Positions 61,886-64,000 of a DNA stretch of 64,000 nucleotides are shown here, piece after piece. The position numbers were made by a program, and so were the translations under genes. The stretch comes from Thermoproteota archaeon. GTDB taxonomy: Archaea; Thermoproteota; Nitrososphaeria_A; Caldarchaeales; Calditenuaceae. The notes beneath the pieces are model-generated. The model did not search any database and had not been told where the DNA came from. It was given only the letters and a program-made list of their open reading frames with translations. The stretch is from NCBI GenBank assembly GCA_030550155.1, contig JAUQPZ010000001.1:974-64973 (forward strand), read 5' to 3'. The first letter of the stretch is position 1. Every line of letters begins with the position of its first letter.

Positions 61886-63238
61886 TTACATATCACCAGG
61901 TAACCGTTTATAGTTTGCATAGATGATGAAGGCTATGTTAGAAAGTGCCACGCCTATGTAAGCCGCCAAGTCTATTGGCAACGACTGGGATACGAGATAC
62001 GCGAGCCCAGAGCAGAGCAGTGGATATAGGTAGCGTAGCCTGTTTTCAGGAAACGTGCTAGGATAAGGGACTATGAAGAAAGCCAAGAGCCCGAAGAGAG
62101 GGTTAGTGAGCATCTTTAAGGCTGCTGATGGGAAAAGAAGGAGTGCCTCTGAGAGAGTCGTTTCAAGGAGGGAGAGCTGCGCCGGTATGAATATTACAAA
62201 ACAGGAGAAGATATAGATTAGAACCACGTCTAAAGACTTACTAAGAGCTGCTCGGGCTATCCCTAACAAAAGTAACACTGTAAAAAAGGTGTATAGGTTA
62301 TATGTCCCCCACCTTGATGCGGCTAACGAGGGTGATGAGATCAGCAAAATCAGAGCCATTGATAATGCCAGATGATTCAGTTTTGGCCTCAAATCCATCC
62401 GAAACATCCTAGAAGCGAAAAAGCTCAAAAAGACCAGAGAAATTGCGCTAAAATATGACATATTGAAGGACATTACCGCAAGTATTGAAAAAGCAACAGC
62501 TTCCATAAAATTCTCAGCAAACCTGCCCTCGAAGACTGAGGCGAAGAAGGAAAGCCCGACCGCCGTGAAGAGTGTAACACCGAAAATGTCGACGTCTATG
62601 CTGTAACCCGTAAAGAAACCATAAGCGAATAGAGGGACCAAGGTTGTTGCGGGGGATTCAAAATATTTTAGCCAGCCTTGTTTATCGCTCTCAGACCAGT
62701 CGTGCACTATGAGTAGTCGGCTAAGAGCTCCGCTCTTTACTAAGAGCAGAGTCAGAGGTAGGTATGCAGCTAAGTTGAGAAAGAAGTGGAGGTGCACCAT
62801 ATTGAAGAAGCCACCGATTATTCCTGTGCAGGGGGTGCACCCTGTTGTCAAGAACTCATACAATCTGGCTGTATGCTCAACAACGTGATATGACTGAATC
62901 AAGAAACCTCCTAGGAAAAGTGTAGGAAGTAATTTCGAGTCATGCCAACCCAACGACTCCCATACTCTCATTCTTGCAAGCACTATCGATAGGAGCAAGA
63001 GGTATATCGTGTTAAAAAAGAAGTGATTCCATTCTAGATCTAGAAAGAATAGGAGGCCGTTTGAGAGTTTAGTCGGCAAGCCTAAGACTACATGCTGATA
63101 CATTTGAACGCTATGCTCGAACATATGTAGAGTCTGTGCAACAAAAGCTGTTAAAGCAGCCACATACGTGACTTTGTCCCTGTAGAGGACCGACTCTAGA
63201 TATACCTGTTTCTGAGCCTCAAAAATTTCATTCTTCAT
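61886..63238 (-). CDS. polytopic hypothetical membrane protein with duplicated HxxEH / HFFxN motifs
   Basis: 450 aa with at least 10 predicted TM segments. LHMFEHSVQMYQ..WNHFFFN is repeated as YHVVEHTARLYE..VHLHFFLN. Clearly A+T-richer than its neighbours. It overlaps the upstream gene by 11 nt. Confidence 0.7.
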   Translation of the reverse strand: MKNEIFEAQKQVYLESVLYRDKVTYVAALTAFVAQTLHMFEHSVQMYQHVVLGLPTKLSNGLLFFLDLEWNHFFFNTIYLLLLSIVLARMRVWESLGWHDSKLLPTLFLGGFLIQSYHVVEHTARLYEFLTTGCTPCTGIIGGFFNMVHLHFFLNLAAYLPLTLLLVKSGALSRLLIVHDWSESDKQGWLKYFESPATTLVPLFAYGFFTGYSIDVDIFGVTLFTAVGLSFFASVFEGRFAENFMEAVAFSILAVMSFNMSYFSAISLVFLSFFASRMFRMDLRPKLNHLALSMALILLISSPSLAASRWGTYNLYTFFTVLLLLGIARAALSKSLDVVLIYIFSCFVIFIPAQLSLLETTLSEALLLFPSAALKMLTNPLFGLLAFFIVPYPSTFPENRLRYLYPLLCSGLAYLVSQSLPIDLAAYIGVALSNIAFIIYANYKRLPGDM

Positions 63239-64000
63239 GATCTATCAAACCTCCGGACACGCTACAACCGCCCTGCTCAACAATACTTACCACACTGTTA
63301 ACTGGGAGGTCTCTATACTCCTCGATTATCCCGCTAGGCCAATACACGGTTAATCTTTCTATTCGATTCGCCCGGCCGAGGCCGAAGTAGAGCCATGGAC
63401 CGTTGTCGGATAAGAATGAGGAGCCTTTCACAACCACTTGCCTGAAGATCTTTCCAGCCGCCTTTATCTCTACTACCGCACCGACGGCCTCCTTGCTCGA
63501 GCGGTAGGTGCATGTCCCGCAGAGCCAAGTGCTTCCCTCAAGCCTAACCTGAACCCATCTGTTCTCAGTCTTGTTAGAGATTACGTTTCTGTAAAATATT
63601 GGGTAGCCCATAAGGTCGTAGAATAAGAGGTCGACGCCTCCGTCGATGTCAAAGTCAACGCATGTTAGGCCCCTTGCATTTCCATGCCTTGCTAGGCCTC
63701 CCTGCCACGTGGCGTCATAGTAGAATTGCCCGATGTTATAAAACAGTTTATTAATCTGGTTGATTGGCCGGTCTGTCCTGACGCCTATCTTTCCGTTAGC
63801 CATTATGACGTCAAGCACTCCACTATTATCTATGTCTACTATACAGGCCCCCCAGCCGACTTGATAGGGGTCGGTGAGCCTCAGTCGCGCTGCGACATCC
63901 ACAAAAAAGTCGCCCGTATACTTTAGTAGTAGGTTGTCATCATAGTTTGTTACCAAAATTTCCCAGTATCCGTCTGCGTCTAGGTCGCCGAGTGCCACTC
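63228..64000 (-). CDS. CRTAC1-like protein with FG-GAP/VCBS repeats and C-terminal ASPIC/UnbV domain; partial, N-terminus beyond window end
   Basis: VDIDNSGVLDVIMANG and CVDFDIDGGVDLLFYD (FG-GAP/VCBS-type Ca-binding repeats). RSSKEAVGAVVEIKAAGKIFRQVVVKGSSFLSDNGPWLYFGLGRANRIERLTVYWPSG is the ASPIC/UnbV signature. Confidence 0.8.
   Translation of the reverse strand, partial: VALGDLDADGYWEILVTNYDDNLLLKYTGDFFVDVAARLRLTDPYQVGWGACIVDIDNSGVLDVIMANGKIGVRTDRPINQINKLFYNIGQFYYDATWQGGLARHGNARGLTCVDFDIDGGVDLLFYDLMGYPIFYRNVISNKTENRWVQVRLEGSTWLCGTCTYRSSKEAVGAVVEIKAAGKIFRQVVVKGSSFLSDNGPWLYFGLGRANRIERLTVYWPSGIIEEYRDLPVNSVVSIVEQGGCSVSGGLIDHEE

Noticed and set aside
1-64000. CRISPR arrays, rRNA genes, IS elements, long tandem or inverted repeats
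   Set aside because: No non-coding interval exceeds about 190 nt, and no repeated spacer-repeat periodicity was seen by eye. A computational repeat search is still needed to exclude short dispersed repeats.

Overview
Very gene-dense (about 90% coding), moderately G+C-rich archaeal chromosome segment. Many junctions are 4-nt ATGA-type overlaps, and A+T boxes sit about 25-35 nt before start codons, which fits leaderless archaeal transcripts. The gene content points to a PolD-bearing TACK-type archaeon (Kor-, Aig-, Bathy- or Thaumarchaeota-like, not classical Crenarchaeota). The markers are PolD large subunit DP2, an Elf1 homolog, a Vps4/CdvC-like MIT-AAA ATPase, unfused Kae1 and Bud32, Nop5-fibrillarin, archaeal SAM synthetase, GGGP synthase, the HMG-CoA synthase/thiolase/DUF35 operon, an SmAP3-like protein, NucS/EndoMS, Elp3, Dph2 and Nep1. 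Metabolic genes include fixABCX-type ETF, KD(P)G aldolase plus KDG kinase, ROK glucokinase, galK-galT, a PQQ-type sugar dehydrogenase, agmatine deiminase plus N-carbamoylputrescine amidase, a spermidine-synthase-like gene and CofE. I found two tRNAs (Gly-UCC and Thr-GGU, neither encoding CCA). I found no rRNA, CRISPR array, transposase or integrase. None of the findings is clearly a brand-new system. The most interesting ones are: (1) a four-gene operon of a B-box-like zinc finger, a membrane-anchored Roadblock, a Roadblock and a small GTPase; (2) an unannotated C/D box sRNA candidate upstream of dph2 whose two guides both complement one conserved LSU rRNA region; (3) an A+T-rich co-transcribed pair of a CRTAC1/ASPIC-like protein and a polytopic membrane protein with a duplicated HxxEH motif; (4) an unusually long ETF-beta with a FixC-FixX fusion; (5) an apparent +1 frameshift in a C5 run splitting a secreted protein; and (6) several orphan nuclease-like or hypothetical genes in A+T-richer patches. 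All family calls come from motif recognition by eye, without searches.
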